Positions 11,201 through 20,500 of a stretch of DNA of 64,000 nucleotides are shown piece by piece. A model generated the notes under the pieces. That model ran no database searches. It was given only the letters and a program-made list of their open reading frames with translations, and was not told where the DNA came from. Numbering within the stretch: position 1 is the stretch's first letter; every line of letters begins with the position of its first letter. A program made the translations under genes and the position numbers. The stretch is from an uncultured Thermoprotei archaeon (GTDB lineage: Archaea > Thermoproteota > Thermoprotei > Thermofilales > B15-G2): NCBI GenBank assembly GCA_965367815.1, contig CBDUKN010000007.1:49669-113668 (forward strand). The letters run 5' to 3'.

Positions 11201-11403
11201 AAGGAGAGCGCGTAGTCATAGACAACGACTTGAGGTGCACAAAGAGTTCTAAAGAGAAGTTCTATAGAGTAGAGCTCTACGCGAAGCCTCATGGCGAAAA
11301 AGAAATCCCGCTGAGGTACCTTGATAGAGTAGCCTCAATGATCAACGATATACTCAAGTCATGGGAAGAAGAAAGAAAGAGGCTGCTGTCGTCGCGCCGA
11401 TAA
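8293..11403 (+). CDS. Large FtsX/MacB-like permease with N-terminal extracellular carboxypeptidase-regulatory-like beta domain
   Basis: Signal peptide; IRGYVK..TNASGYFEI; helical region; 3 TMs; MacB-type TM and extracellular domain (LAEKLGVKVGD); FtsX motif VEERRREIFIFNAIG..FLAES; TPSR tail. Confidence 0.78.
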   Translation: MLKGKLLAFILGLTLISAALLAPISAVPMFTIRGYVKTWKGEPHTNTIVVAFDIANYEVRGVTKTNASGYFEITVPRGYKYVVFILPLNANGTALSHVPEIADLHSFEDLVEVTINFKAYPAAFVKVYGTIHYVGGDWLEIFSLKVLDTSGTRISEVLDAGKAVYSREFVGKGEVKVSLVDEYGTASSFLVYYEVGVRRGKLPAGLADKSIAIVPAEKPVIVEFTTSIIDNRKPPFLREPIHRVKFTIGDPLNPLTLKPGEKVLFDIEKESLKRIIQEVRRDVDIAESLIEEMERMGFYLAPERADLAKAIALIEEAKLAYEQNQPVEQIIEKLERAYVIATQVVAGRVFFLKTVALEGAPLLSYFIALFAAVMAYYFFEDPKKKLYSFIAFFAAFMIIFALSYPGFPLLWNNRRDLFLISVSTAFFGVLFLLFYLPIKIKEAELPGTFRRGAILAVTFSLAKRFSRLKKTRTGIVVFSLAALIWAFTVLASISTVYGIWSAEVPSVTKVNALVVKHLINETTISSLGYFSDYQWFVQQLGNDSVSVVVYNDPTIKLTILITSPEGKSVEVKAFMGVSEIEDKITGISKIIVEGDWSKVEEKNSVFLPSTLAEKLGVKVGDVVKIEVYRPGVEIPVSEKYVVAGIFDELSLDRIKDIDGTPLKPLVLVKGGFAPANSTDIIIGNWEYLLKEVLLEEKALFSTVFKIYRIAAVGSSDVLKSVARRYIERKGEGYYVYVNTEGKCYKLFFGQKVENILMRNVDFIIPIAIVISVVLVSMYSIVEERRREIFIFNAIGFNPMHIAFLFLAESIVYGLISGGLGYIAGIVTFRVMATYFSSLNLLVREKLEWYWSIIAIFISILVAMIASFKPALKAAMMYTPSRVRRVKATEAEKLKREEKILVTYVGKRYLLSAKIKEDEAVIFFSFIYSRLKDMESGYTERVEDLQEYDEEELPDGTLVKRFTFKCVLLVEGERVVIDNDLRCTKSSKEKFYRVELYAKPHGEKEIPLRYLDRVASMINDILKSWEEERKRLLSSRR

Positions 11404-11404
11404 A

Positions 11405-12991
11405 ATGTTAAGTAAATATTTGGACAAAGAATTTTTGTTAACTTTATTTATTCTAATTATTTTGCTTATAGAAATAATAGCATTATTTATACTACCTAGC
11501 TTTAAAGTAAAAAAGTTAACTAGAGAAGAATACTTAGCGAAAGCTATTGAAGCCTACGAGTGGATGATGCAGTTCCAGATAACTCCTCCCGGCACTCCAT
11601 GGGGATGGCACCTGAACTGCAGAGACGCATGGGGAGGACTAGCAGGCTACTACACCAGACACTGCAAGTGGGCAGCAGTGTACGGTGCTGAAAGCTTCTA
11701 TCAGCTCTACATAGCCTCACACGACGTAGGCTGGTTCTTGGAACTCGGAGTAGACCTATATAATATAACCGGCGAAGAAAAGTACCTTAAAGCTACTGAA
11801 CTAGCAGCACAGTGGGCTCTCAGAATACAAGTAGGGTACAGTTCTTGGCTTAAAAAATTCGAAAAGCGCTACATTATGCCTCAAAAAAGTGAACGCAGTG
11901 TTAGCTGGAGATACGTTCCTGGTATAAAGTTTTCTAATGAGGTCATTGGAGCATACACTGAAGGAATGTTTGTTTTCAGCGGCGAACCACCATATCTTCA
12001 TGATTGGAGTGAAGGAGTATGCTACGCTGAGCCAGCACTTTGGGTTGCGCCCGAGCATGTCATACCTATAGCTAAAGGTTTACTAAAACTATACTTAGCA
12101 ACAAAGAATAAAACATACTTAATGTCAGCTATGAGGGCACTCGACTTTATAGCTAGAATGCAGTCTCCTGAAGGCGGTATATACACGTGTTATCCTCCGA
12201 ATGCCTACGGAATTAGAATGAGTGATACAGCTAGTGCAGCTGAACTTTTCCTTTATGCCTACATAGTGGTAGGAAACAAAACTTATCTCGAAAGAGGACT
12301 TAAGGCATGTGACTTCATGATAAGCAAGCAAGTAGCTTACGGCAGGTGGAGAGGAGTGCTGCCTCACTTGTCTACAGCTGGAGGTTCTTGGAGAAAACAC
12401 AGTTATTTTACAGGCGACGCTGCTGAGGCTATTATAGCCTGGTTAAAAGCATATGAGCTTACGGGTGAATATAAGTATCTGGAGGCGGCTGTAAGAGCAG
12501 CTTACTTTCTTCTTAGAATGCAGGAAACAGACGCCAGTAAGCCTTGGGGTACTAAGATATATTCATGGGATAAGCGTGCAGTAGGAGGATTCTACTGGGC
12601 CTATGTGCCAGGCTACGGCATCTTGGAATACCAATTTGTTTCATCAACTACGTCAGCCGCCATAGCTTTACTCAAATTATACACTGTAGTCGAAGAACCT
12701 ATTTTCTTAGAAAGCGTGAACTTGGCTTTAAAATGGCTTCTCGAGACAGAAATATATTCTCCTTCAAACACATACTTAGATCTTCCCGGCTTAACCGTAG
12801 TAAGCGATCCTCACGGACTTTATAAAAGCGGATATGTCCCACTATACGGTAAGTATTACGATGAAATCCCCGGAACAATGACAGGAGACCCCGAGCAAGG
12901 CTTCTGTGTAGCAATGGCTGCCTCCGGTCCCTGCTACCTCTTCCTTGAAATATACAGATTATACCATAAAGTATATAATCAGCAGAAGTAG
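11405..12991 (+). CDS. Membrane-anchored alpha/alpha-barrel repeat protein (prenyltransferase/squalene-cyclase-repeat or six-hairpin glycosidase-like)
   Basis: N-terminal TM; ~5 repeats of LY..TG..KYL..A..A..(W/F)L..Q...GG. Confidence 0.65.
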   Translation: MLSKYLDKEFLLTLFILIILLIEIIALFILPSFKVKKLTREEYLAKAIEAYEWMMQFQITPPGTPWGWHLNCRDAWGGLAGYYTRHCKWAAVYGAESFYQLYIASHDVGWFLELGVDLYNITGEEKYLKATELAAQWALRIQVGYSSWLKKFEKRYIMPQKSERSVSWRYVPGIKFSNEVIGAYTEGMFVFSGEPPYLHDWSEGVCYAEPALWVAPEHVIPIAKGLLKLYLATKNKTYLMSAMRALDFIARMQSPEGGIYTCYPPNAYGIRMSDTASAAELFLYAYIVVGNKTYLERGLKACDFMISKQVAYGRWRGVLPHLSTAGGSWRKHSYFTGDAAEAIIAWLKAYELTGEYKYLEAAVRAAYFLLRMQETDASKPWGTKIYSWDKRAVGGFYWAYVPGYGILEYQFVSSTTSAAIALLKLYTVVEEPIFLESVNLALKWLLETEIYSPSNTYLDLPGLTVVSDPHGLYKSGYVPLYGKYYDEIPGTMTGDPEQGFCVAMAASGPCYLFLEIYRLYHKVYNQQK

Positions 12992-12998
12992 GAGGTAG

Positions 12999-14852
12999 AT
13001 GTATATGTTTGATAAAGCTTTTCAGTTGGCAATAATGATTTTCTCGAGCTTAATGATGGCACAGCTTTTCTCTAGAACTTTATTCGAAAAAGAGTTTTAC
13101 AGAAAAGTAAACTTCCTGTTAATATTTCTTGTATCAGTCTTACTCATGTATAAAATAGAGCCAATGCCCTTCGAACTAGCTCTTTCGCTTATAGTGCCGC
13201 CCTTTAGACTAGAGTACTTAATGACTTTTATTCTAGCGTTTATACCCTTCCTTATTCCTTTAGCTATACTATTTTCACGCGGCGAAACGTGGCTACTCGC
13301 AGAGATAGTCGTACGTTTTCTTAGAAGAAGGCGCCTTAGAACACTATTAAATGTAATGACAGTAGCCTTAGTACTCTCGGTACTAACCTCGGTTGCCGCT
13401 ATATCGCCGCTAAAATCATTTTATGTAATGAAAATAGCACAGACACCAGCAGAGCTAAAAGAGCTGTGCAAGCACCACCACGTATACATATTGCTCTATA
13501 AGGAATATACCTGGATTGCATCTACTGAGGCAAGTATACAGAAGGAAGAAATGAAGTCGCTGACACTGGAAGTGAAAACAGGCTTCTTGTCACTTTTCAG
13601 CAAACCTGAAGCAGTAATAGACTTCATGTACACTGAAGGCCTAGCTGACGGGAAAAAAGTTCAAATTCTCATAACCGATACTAACACTTTACAAGAGATC
13701 TTTCCATCAAATTTAATATTAAAAAAATTAAATGAAAAAACACTAGCTTACGCCAATTCATATACTTTAATAAATACTACAATCAAAATAAACAGTATTG
13801 ATCGCGAATTTAAGCCCAGCGGATTATTTAATTTAACAGAAGTGAAAATAACAAGAGACATAGCTATTCTAACAAAAACTCCTTCAATCTTAATCGACAT
13901 TAAAGCACTTAAACCAGAAGAGATTTTAAACCTCGTAGATGCAGGAGCCTTAAAGTACGTAGTTGTCGCAGTAAATCATGCTGTTAGCAAATCGAATCTA
14001 GAAAAATTCATTAAGTTATTTTCAAGTGAAGCGAGCTACCAAGAAAAAGCTCTTGTATACACACCACTAGTATTGCAAATAGATGAAAATAACGTAATGA
14101 TGTATTTCACTATAGGCACATACTACATGTTTTCAGGCGAAATAGGGTACTTGTTCTTTGCAGCACTATCAATTTTCCTACTCCTATTTTCAACAATTCT
14201 AGGAACTGTATATGAGAGAAGCAAAGAGTACTCCATCCTAGCCTGTCTAGGGGCAACTCCTAGTAAAATATACCTTGTCATGTTCCTTGAAGGAGCCTAC
14301 CTAGCCTCCCTTGGAGGAGTACTCTCAATGTTTATTGCATATCCTATAATAAGGGAAGGGATATCAGCTTACTACAAATCAAACTTGCCTTCAATATTCT
14401 TTCTGTCACTAGGCACAAGCTACCTAGCAACAATAGCCTCATATTTAGCTCTAAGAATTAAAGGAATACGTGAAGTTACTCCAAGCCGCGTAATAAAATA
14501 CACTGCGGAAAGAAAGAAAACAGGGGGAGAATTCGAAGTACCCATAAAAATTCACGACTGGAGTAGTTTCAAGCATTTCCTCAAAGAAATCGAAGGAAAA
14601 AACGTTGAACCAGGAATAAAAGTACTAAAGGTATCCGAGGAAAACGGAAATCTAAAAGCACTAGTCGCATGTGGTATAGATAGAGAAGCCCTATACATGT
14701 TTACATTAATTTATTCAGGAGAATCTGTAAAAATCAGGGTTGCAGGCGAAAGAACATGGACAGCTGAGCACTCCAGATTATATGACCTCGCTGTAAGAAG
14801 CTTTAGAAAACTAGCCTTAAGATACTCACTCAAAGAAAAATTAAACAAGTAA
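12999..14852 (+). CDS. FtsX-like permease paralog (short)
   Basis: RRRRLRTLLN TM1, extracellular domain, VYERSKEYSILACLGATP..MFLEG FtsX motif, VTPSR tail. Confidence 0.75.
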   Translation: MYMFDKAFQLAIMIFSSLMMAQLFSRTLFEKEFYRKVNFLLIFLVSVLLMYKIEPMPFELALSLIVPPFRLEYLMTFILAFIPFLIPLAILFSRGETWLLAEIVVRFLRRRRLRTLLNVMTVALVLSVLTSVAAISPLKSFYVMKIAQTPAELKELCKHHHVYILLYKEYTWIASTEASIQKEEMKSLTLEVKTGFLSLFSKPEAVIDFMYTEGLADGKKVQILITDTNTLQEIFPSNLILKKLNEKTLAYANSYTLINTTIKINSIDREFKPSGLFNLTEVKITRDIAILTKTPSILIDIKALKPEEILNLVDAGALKYVVVAVNHAVSKSNLEKFIKLFSSEASYQEKALVYTPLVLQIDENNVMMYFTIGTYYMFSGEIGYLFFAALSIFLLLFSTILGTVYERSKEYSILACLGATPSKIYLVMFLEGAYLASLGGVLSMFIAYPIIREGISAYYKSNLPSIFFLSLGTSYLATIASYLALRIKGIREVTPSRVIKYTAERKKTGGEFEVPIKIHDWSSFKHFLKEIEGKNVEPGIKVLKVSEENGNLKALVACGIDREALYMFTLIYSGESVKIRVAGERTWTAEHSRLYDLAVRSFRKLALRYSLKEKLNK

Positions 14853-15237
14853 ATACTGCACACATTACCGTCCAAGAAAGCAATAATTTTAGTTCAATTA
14901 ACTTTAAATTTATCTTTCCTGTAGCCAATCAATCTTTAACACACTACTATAAAATTAGTACTAATTTCGGCAGCAATATTCCTATTTTTTGCTCATAACT
15001 ACCTTTACGTTCTTATAAAAAGACTTTATTAAAGCAGTCTTAAACTAAATGCGTTAATAACTAAACATATGGCTCCTAGCAACAATTTTCATAAAACCCT
15101 TACGACACGTTATGACCCTGAGAAGAAATTTGACAAAGGTAAAAAATACTGACGGTTCATATATCTTTTTCGGAAAGCCTTAAATAATTTTGTTTTTCTA
15201 GTTAAAACAGCATTTGATACATATTGAGGGATAGAAT

Positions 15238-17265
15238 ATGGTGGAGGAGACGAAAGTAAAAGAAGTAGAGGCTCTAAAAGTACTCAAATCACCGCGCCTC
15301 ATAATCCTCTGGATTATAATTCTACTAGTATTCATCCCCTATCAAGCATTCAGACTCTATGGATGTTACGGCAACGGAACATCGTTCATGAGCCTAGTGC
15401 TCTTACTAACAGCTATAATCGGCTTATTTAGCAAGAAGTTTAAGCTATCACCTCAAGAAGCAACAATAGCCTTTGCCATAGCGACAGTAGCAGCTGATAT
15501 CTCAATCTATACAGCTTTCTACGATAATCCACTATCAGGCATACCCTTCATTAACCTATATGGCGGACCAAACCTCGATAAAGTAAAGCAGTGGATACCT
15601 TCATGGATGTTTATACCTACAGAAGTACTAGAGCCTGCCAGAAATGGTGGAGCAATGCTCCCACTAGGGCCGCTCTTACCAGTACTAGCTTTCTTAACAA
15701 TATTCTTAATAGCACTCAAGTTGCTACAGCTAGCCACAGCAGGCATTATTGCAAGACAGTTTGTAGAAATAGAGCGCCTTCCATTCCCAGCCTTCATGCC
15801 AAGCCTCTACGTAATCAAATACTATTCCGAAGAAGTAGGAAAGAAGCCTAGACTACTATCATGGAAAGGCAACACTCCGTTCTGGCTGGGCTTCATCATA
15901 GGATTTCTAATAGATGCTATAGCTATTATGGAAGTATTTAGCGAAGCTGTCACAGGAAAAACCTACATACAGCTTCCTGCAAGCACAGGATTCATAGGAC
16001 AGTTCGTAGTTGATCTAAGGTTCCTAGAACCGTACTTGCCGGGCGCAATGCTGTACTGGTATCCAGGACTAGACTTCGGTTTCTTCCCAGTCGCTCTCTT
16101 CTTGCCATTAGATGTAATGGCTACGGCAATTCTATGGTTCTTCCTATGGTATATCTTCTATCCAGCAACAGTTAATATCCTTGGAATATATCCGACAAAA
16201 GTTACCGCAGGACAGCTAGGAGGAGGTGCTGTAGGAGCATGGCCATTTACATGGGTTGGTCAGATAGCAGTCCCATTTGCATTAGGCCTCTATCCACTAA
16301 TATTTAGCTGGAGGTACTTCAGAGACTTCTTCAGAAAAGCTTTTAAGAGAACAGACCTCAATCCATCGCTCCCAGAAACTCTGCCAGTCTACACGGGTAT
16401 TGTAGCTTTCATAATATTGCTAGCTCTGCTAGCGACTATAGGCATGCCAATAGTGCTAGCGTTTCTCTGGCTAATAGTTCTGACAATCTGTTGGACAGGT
16501 ATGGCTAGAGTAGCAGGCGAATACTTCACTCAGCCACTGGCCTGGGCGTGGGGAGACCTCTACAGAGGATTCATGGGCTTCTCTCAGACAGTCATGGGCT
16601 GGCCTAACCCCTATCCATCTAAAGAAGCATGGGGCACTATGATGGGCATGAGGCTGACTTACAATACTGTAGAAAGAGAGGTAGACAGCACATGGGGCTT
16701 CTTAGGCTGGTACAGGGTAGCGAGAGACACTAACACAAGCTGGAAAGCAGTCTATATAGCCCAGCTCGTAGCGGTAATTATTGGGGTAATTCTTGCCTGG
16801 CCAGCTATCTACGGTCTAGCCTACTACAGAGGTCTTGAGGTAGGCTGGAACGGATACTTTACAGCTACATCCATCAGATACGCTGCTAGAAGATTTGTGG
16901 ACTACGGTCTAGCAGGAACAGTAAATGCTATTAGTCCATGGAACATGCTAAAGATCGGATGGCTCTTTGGAGGCATCGTAATGGTCTTTGCTATAATGTG
17001 GCTTAGACTCAGATTCCCATGGTTCTTCCTCAACCCAGTAGGTATGCTATGGCAACACCCATGGTGGCTTGGTGCAACTATGCTAGCTTTCGTTATAAAG
17101 TACATCGTTATCAAGGTGGGCGGTGCACAGGCTAATGAGAAATACTTAATACCCTTCGCTACCGGCTGGGCTTTCGGATCAGCTATAGGTGGACTAGTGA
17201 CATACTGGCCCGAAAACATTTATAGAGCGTTCTTCAACAGACTCTTCCCGTACTTCTGGTGGTAA
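15238..17265 (+). CDS. DUF6785/OPT-superfamily-like multi-pass transporter
   Basis: LSPQE, EIERLPFP, RFPWFFLNPVG motifs; ~16 hydrophobic segments. Confidence 0.7.
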   Translation: MVEETKVKEVEALKVLKSPRLIILWIIILLVFIPYQAFRLYGCYGNGTSFMSLVLLLTAIIGLFSKKFKLSPQEATIAFAIATVAADISIYTAFYDNPLSGIPFINLYGGPNLDKVKQWIPSWMFIPTEVLEPARNGGAMLPLGPLLPVLAFLTIFLIALKLLQLATAGIIARQFVEIERLPFPAFMPSLYVIKYYSEEVGKKPRLLSWKGNTPFWLGFIIGFLIDAIAIMEVFSEAVTGKTYIQLPASTGFIGQFVVDLRFLEPYLPGAMLYWYPGLDFGFFPVALFLPLDVMATAILWFFLWYIFYPATVNILGIYPTKVTAGQLGGGAVGAWPFTWVGQIAVPFALGLYPLIFSWRYFRDFFRKAFKRTDLNPSLPETLPVYTGIVAFIILLALLATIGMPIVLAFLWLIVLTICWTGMARVAGEYFTQPLAWAWGDLYRGFMGFSQTVMGWPNPYPSKEAWGTMMGMRLTYNTVEREVDSTWGFLGWYRVARDTNTSWKAVYIAQLVAVIIGVILAWPAIYGLAYYRGLEVGWNGYFTATSIRYAARRFVDYGLAGTVNAISPWNMLKIGWLFGGIVMVFAIMWLRLRFPWFFLNPVGMLWQHPWWLGATMLAFVIKYIVIKVGGAQANEKYLIPFATGWAFGSAIGGLVTYWPENIYRAFFNRLFPYFWW

Positions 17266-17284
17266 ACTAGAAATAGTTTAACAA

Positions 17285-17301
17285 TTTTTTATTTTATTTT
17301 T
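17285..17301 (+). terminator. T-rich archaeal terminator-like tract
   Basis: TTTTTTATTTTATTTTT about 20 nt after stop codon 17265. Confidence 0.45.
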
Positions 17302-17532
17302 AATGTGTTTTAAATAGTTAGAGTCTTCTTATGCTGTATATGCCTTAATTGAGGCGTAGGAAGTATCCTTTACTACAAGTTCTCGTTATGGTTATGTCTA
17401 GTACTAGGTAAACCGGGAGTCATAATATGGAAGCTTAGCTGACACAATTTTAACAATTATTGGGTTATCTCTATTGAAAAATCTTTTATAAGAACATAAA
17501 TTAGGTTTATATAGCCAAAGGTTTACTGTTAA

Positions 17533-20500
17533 TTGATGGTGATAAATTCAAAGAAAGCTTTTACACTAATATTCATTATAGTTCTGAGTGTAGTGATTGC
17601 CACGGTACCTGAAGCAACTGTTTCTCGCAGAGAAACAATTAACTGGGAGGATCTTGAAGCATTCTTAAAGAACTTCAATTACTCCAAGGTTCTCAAACAT
17701 ATCGAATATTTTGGCTCGCTTGATAGTCGCTTGACAGGGTATCCCGGTGCCTGGGAAGCTCTACGCTATATATATTCAGAGCTGGAGCTCTATGGGTACG
17801 ACTTAGTCTATTTCCAGAATTTCACCACAGTTGTTCCAGTAGTGCGAGAAGCTTACATTGAAGTTAAGAGCGGCGAGACTGTCAGCAAGTTTAAAGTATA
17901 CCCTGTTTGGCCTAATCTTGTTCAAACATCTCCTACTGGACCCGAAGGTATCTCGGGGAAGTTGCTCTACTTAGGTAAAGGGGACTTAGAGAGCATCAAG
18001 GGAATAGACATAAAAGATGCTATTGTTCTCCTGGATTATAACAGCGGAGACAATTGGGTGAAGTTAGCCGAGCTAGGAGCAAGAGCTGTAATTTTCATAG
18101 AGCCTTTATCAACCAACAGATTCGAGTCTTTCAATAAATTTGTCTACGTAAATCTTTATTTCCCTAGAGTCTATGTTGACAGAAAGACTGGTATCGAACT
18201 AAAAAAACTGTGTGAAAAAGATGCCGCTACAGCTAGGCTTATTCTAGATTACTCGATGGAAGAGGTTGTTTCAGCGAATGTAGTTGCTTTCCTGAAAGGA
18301 AAAGGCAGCACTAATGATTCTCTTGTTTTAGCAGCATATATTGACGATTGGTCTCCTGTACCCGAGCTCGCTAGCCACTATGATAGCGCCTGCGGTGCAG
18401 CAGTCTTACTCGAAGTAGCACGCTTACTAGCTAAAAGTAAGCCAGAACTCAACGTCATTGTAGTATTCTTTACGGGTCACTGGGAAGGTTTATGCGGACC
18501 TAGAGCTTTCGTAGAAGAGGTACTCGAAGTTTTTGCTGACCGCACATTGCAGAACCATCCAATATGGAACCAAAGTGTTCCTAAAACATTTCTTTCATTG
18601 GATTTATCTACTGGTAGCAGTAGTGTTGCCCTACTCCACTCAGGCGGATTTTATCACGTAGCAGGTCCCAGTATTTTTGAAGAATGCGTAGACATGTTCA
18701 GGGGAATGGATTTCCTTCTAAGAGAGTATGGTAGGAGTAACAGGCTAGCTGACTTAGTCAAAAAATACTCAGGCAGGGCTCCTGAAATATATTACCAGCT
18801 TATAGATCAATCTGGAGGCGCTTACGTGGAGGCTGGTGAGCTAGAATACTTTACTCCTGTGCCCTACAAGTACATCGCTGATGTAGAGCCATGGCTTCAA
18901 GCGGGACTACCAGGCTATACGCTCTTTACTGCTTTCGACTACAGGTTTACATGGTTCACTCCTCTTAAAGAACGAGTACACTTTAACCCGGATAACCTTA
19001 AGCCTCAAGCATACTATGTTGCAGCACTATCTTACATTTACTCCAACGTCGTAACAAGTGATTACCCACCGAGGAGAGTATGGGGCCCGACTCGCTACTA
19101 TTTCCCAGGACCCTTCGCCCCATTTGTTCCGGGCTTCACTAAGATGAGAGGTCAAGTCGTAGTATATTTGCCTATTTCGCCTAGACAGTATGAGCCGCTA
19201 ATGAATGAAACTATAGTAGCTATAGTGGATTCAGAGGATCAATACAATATTTTCAACTATATTTTCTTAAAAACAAAGCCTAATGGAACTTTTGTTGTCC
19301 ATGGTCTAGCCATAGATAGAGGAGGGGGAGCAAGAACTTATATGGCTAGGCTCTACGTAATTGACTATAAGAACAAGGGAAGAATTCTCTATACAAATGA
19401 TTACGGCAAATATGGTGCTGAAGCAATATACACTACGAGAACGTTCAGTGTGAGAGAAGGAGTCTATGGATGGCCGCAGCCTTTGCGTTTCGTCGTATTC
19501 AAGTGTGCCAGCATAACTATGTTTAGTGTAACTTTTCCTCAAGGAATGCTTGACTTATACAACTACATGAGTATATACAAGACTCTTCAAGCCCGAGATG
19601 TTTCAGTAATAGTTAGAGAATTTACATCTCACTCAGAGGTATATCACTATGGTTATGAAGTAGACCCTATGTCTAGGATACTAGTTGTCTATGTCAAGCC
19701 TGAAGAGAGAATAGAAATAGAAGTACACGTTAGGTCTCAGGAAGGGCCAATCTACTTAACAATTCTACTTTTAAATGCTTCTGAAAAATACCCGGAGGGT
19801 GCTGGTTACTATCTTAATGAGCCGGGAGAATCTCTGGTTTTATTAAAGTCTACTTTGCACTACGTCGAGAACTTCTACTGGCTAAGTAGATATAGAATAG
19901 ACTTGGCTGCGAGGTTCGGTGTCTTTGACGCGGAGTCTCAGAGAAGTTTGAGGATGCTTGAAGAGTGGCGTAATTTAACTAAAAAGTATTTAGAGGAAAA
20001 AGATTATAGTAAAGCCTACTATGCTTCGCTAATCGCTTGGGCTTGGGCACAAAAGCTCTATTACTCGTCGAGAGGGCTTATTCAAGGCTCATCTACAACT
20101 ACTGTAGTCTACTTCGTTATGTTGATCCCATTTGCTTTCGTGCTAGAGAGACTTTTATTTGAGTTTTACGAGGGCAGAAAAAGACTCTTAACAATAGCGT
20201 GTATCTTTGCAATATTTATTGTCTTGATGTGGCTTAACCATCCAGGTTTCCATTTAGTAGCGAGTATGCCTACACTGTTGCTAGGCTTCGTTATACTAAC
20301 TATTTCGGTAGTAATAGGTTTCCTACTCTACACAGATTTCCAAGGCGTAATGTGGAGAGTAAGGAAAAAGACTCTTGGAGTACACTTCGTAGAAGTGAGT
20401 AGATGGGATGTCATGGTTTCGTCGCTTTACTATGGTGTAGTAAATATGAAGAGGCACAAGGTTACTTCGCTTCTTACTCTGACAGCAATAGTCATCATAA

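Noticed and set aside
14853-15237. Long spacers in the FtsX/OPT locus (also 17266-17532) as ncRNA or shared operator
   Set aside because: AT-rich, with only weak repeats (ACAATTTT, AAGAC..GTCTT) expected by chance; best read as terminator plus promoter regions
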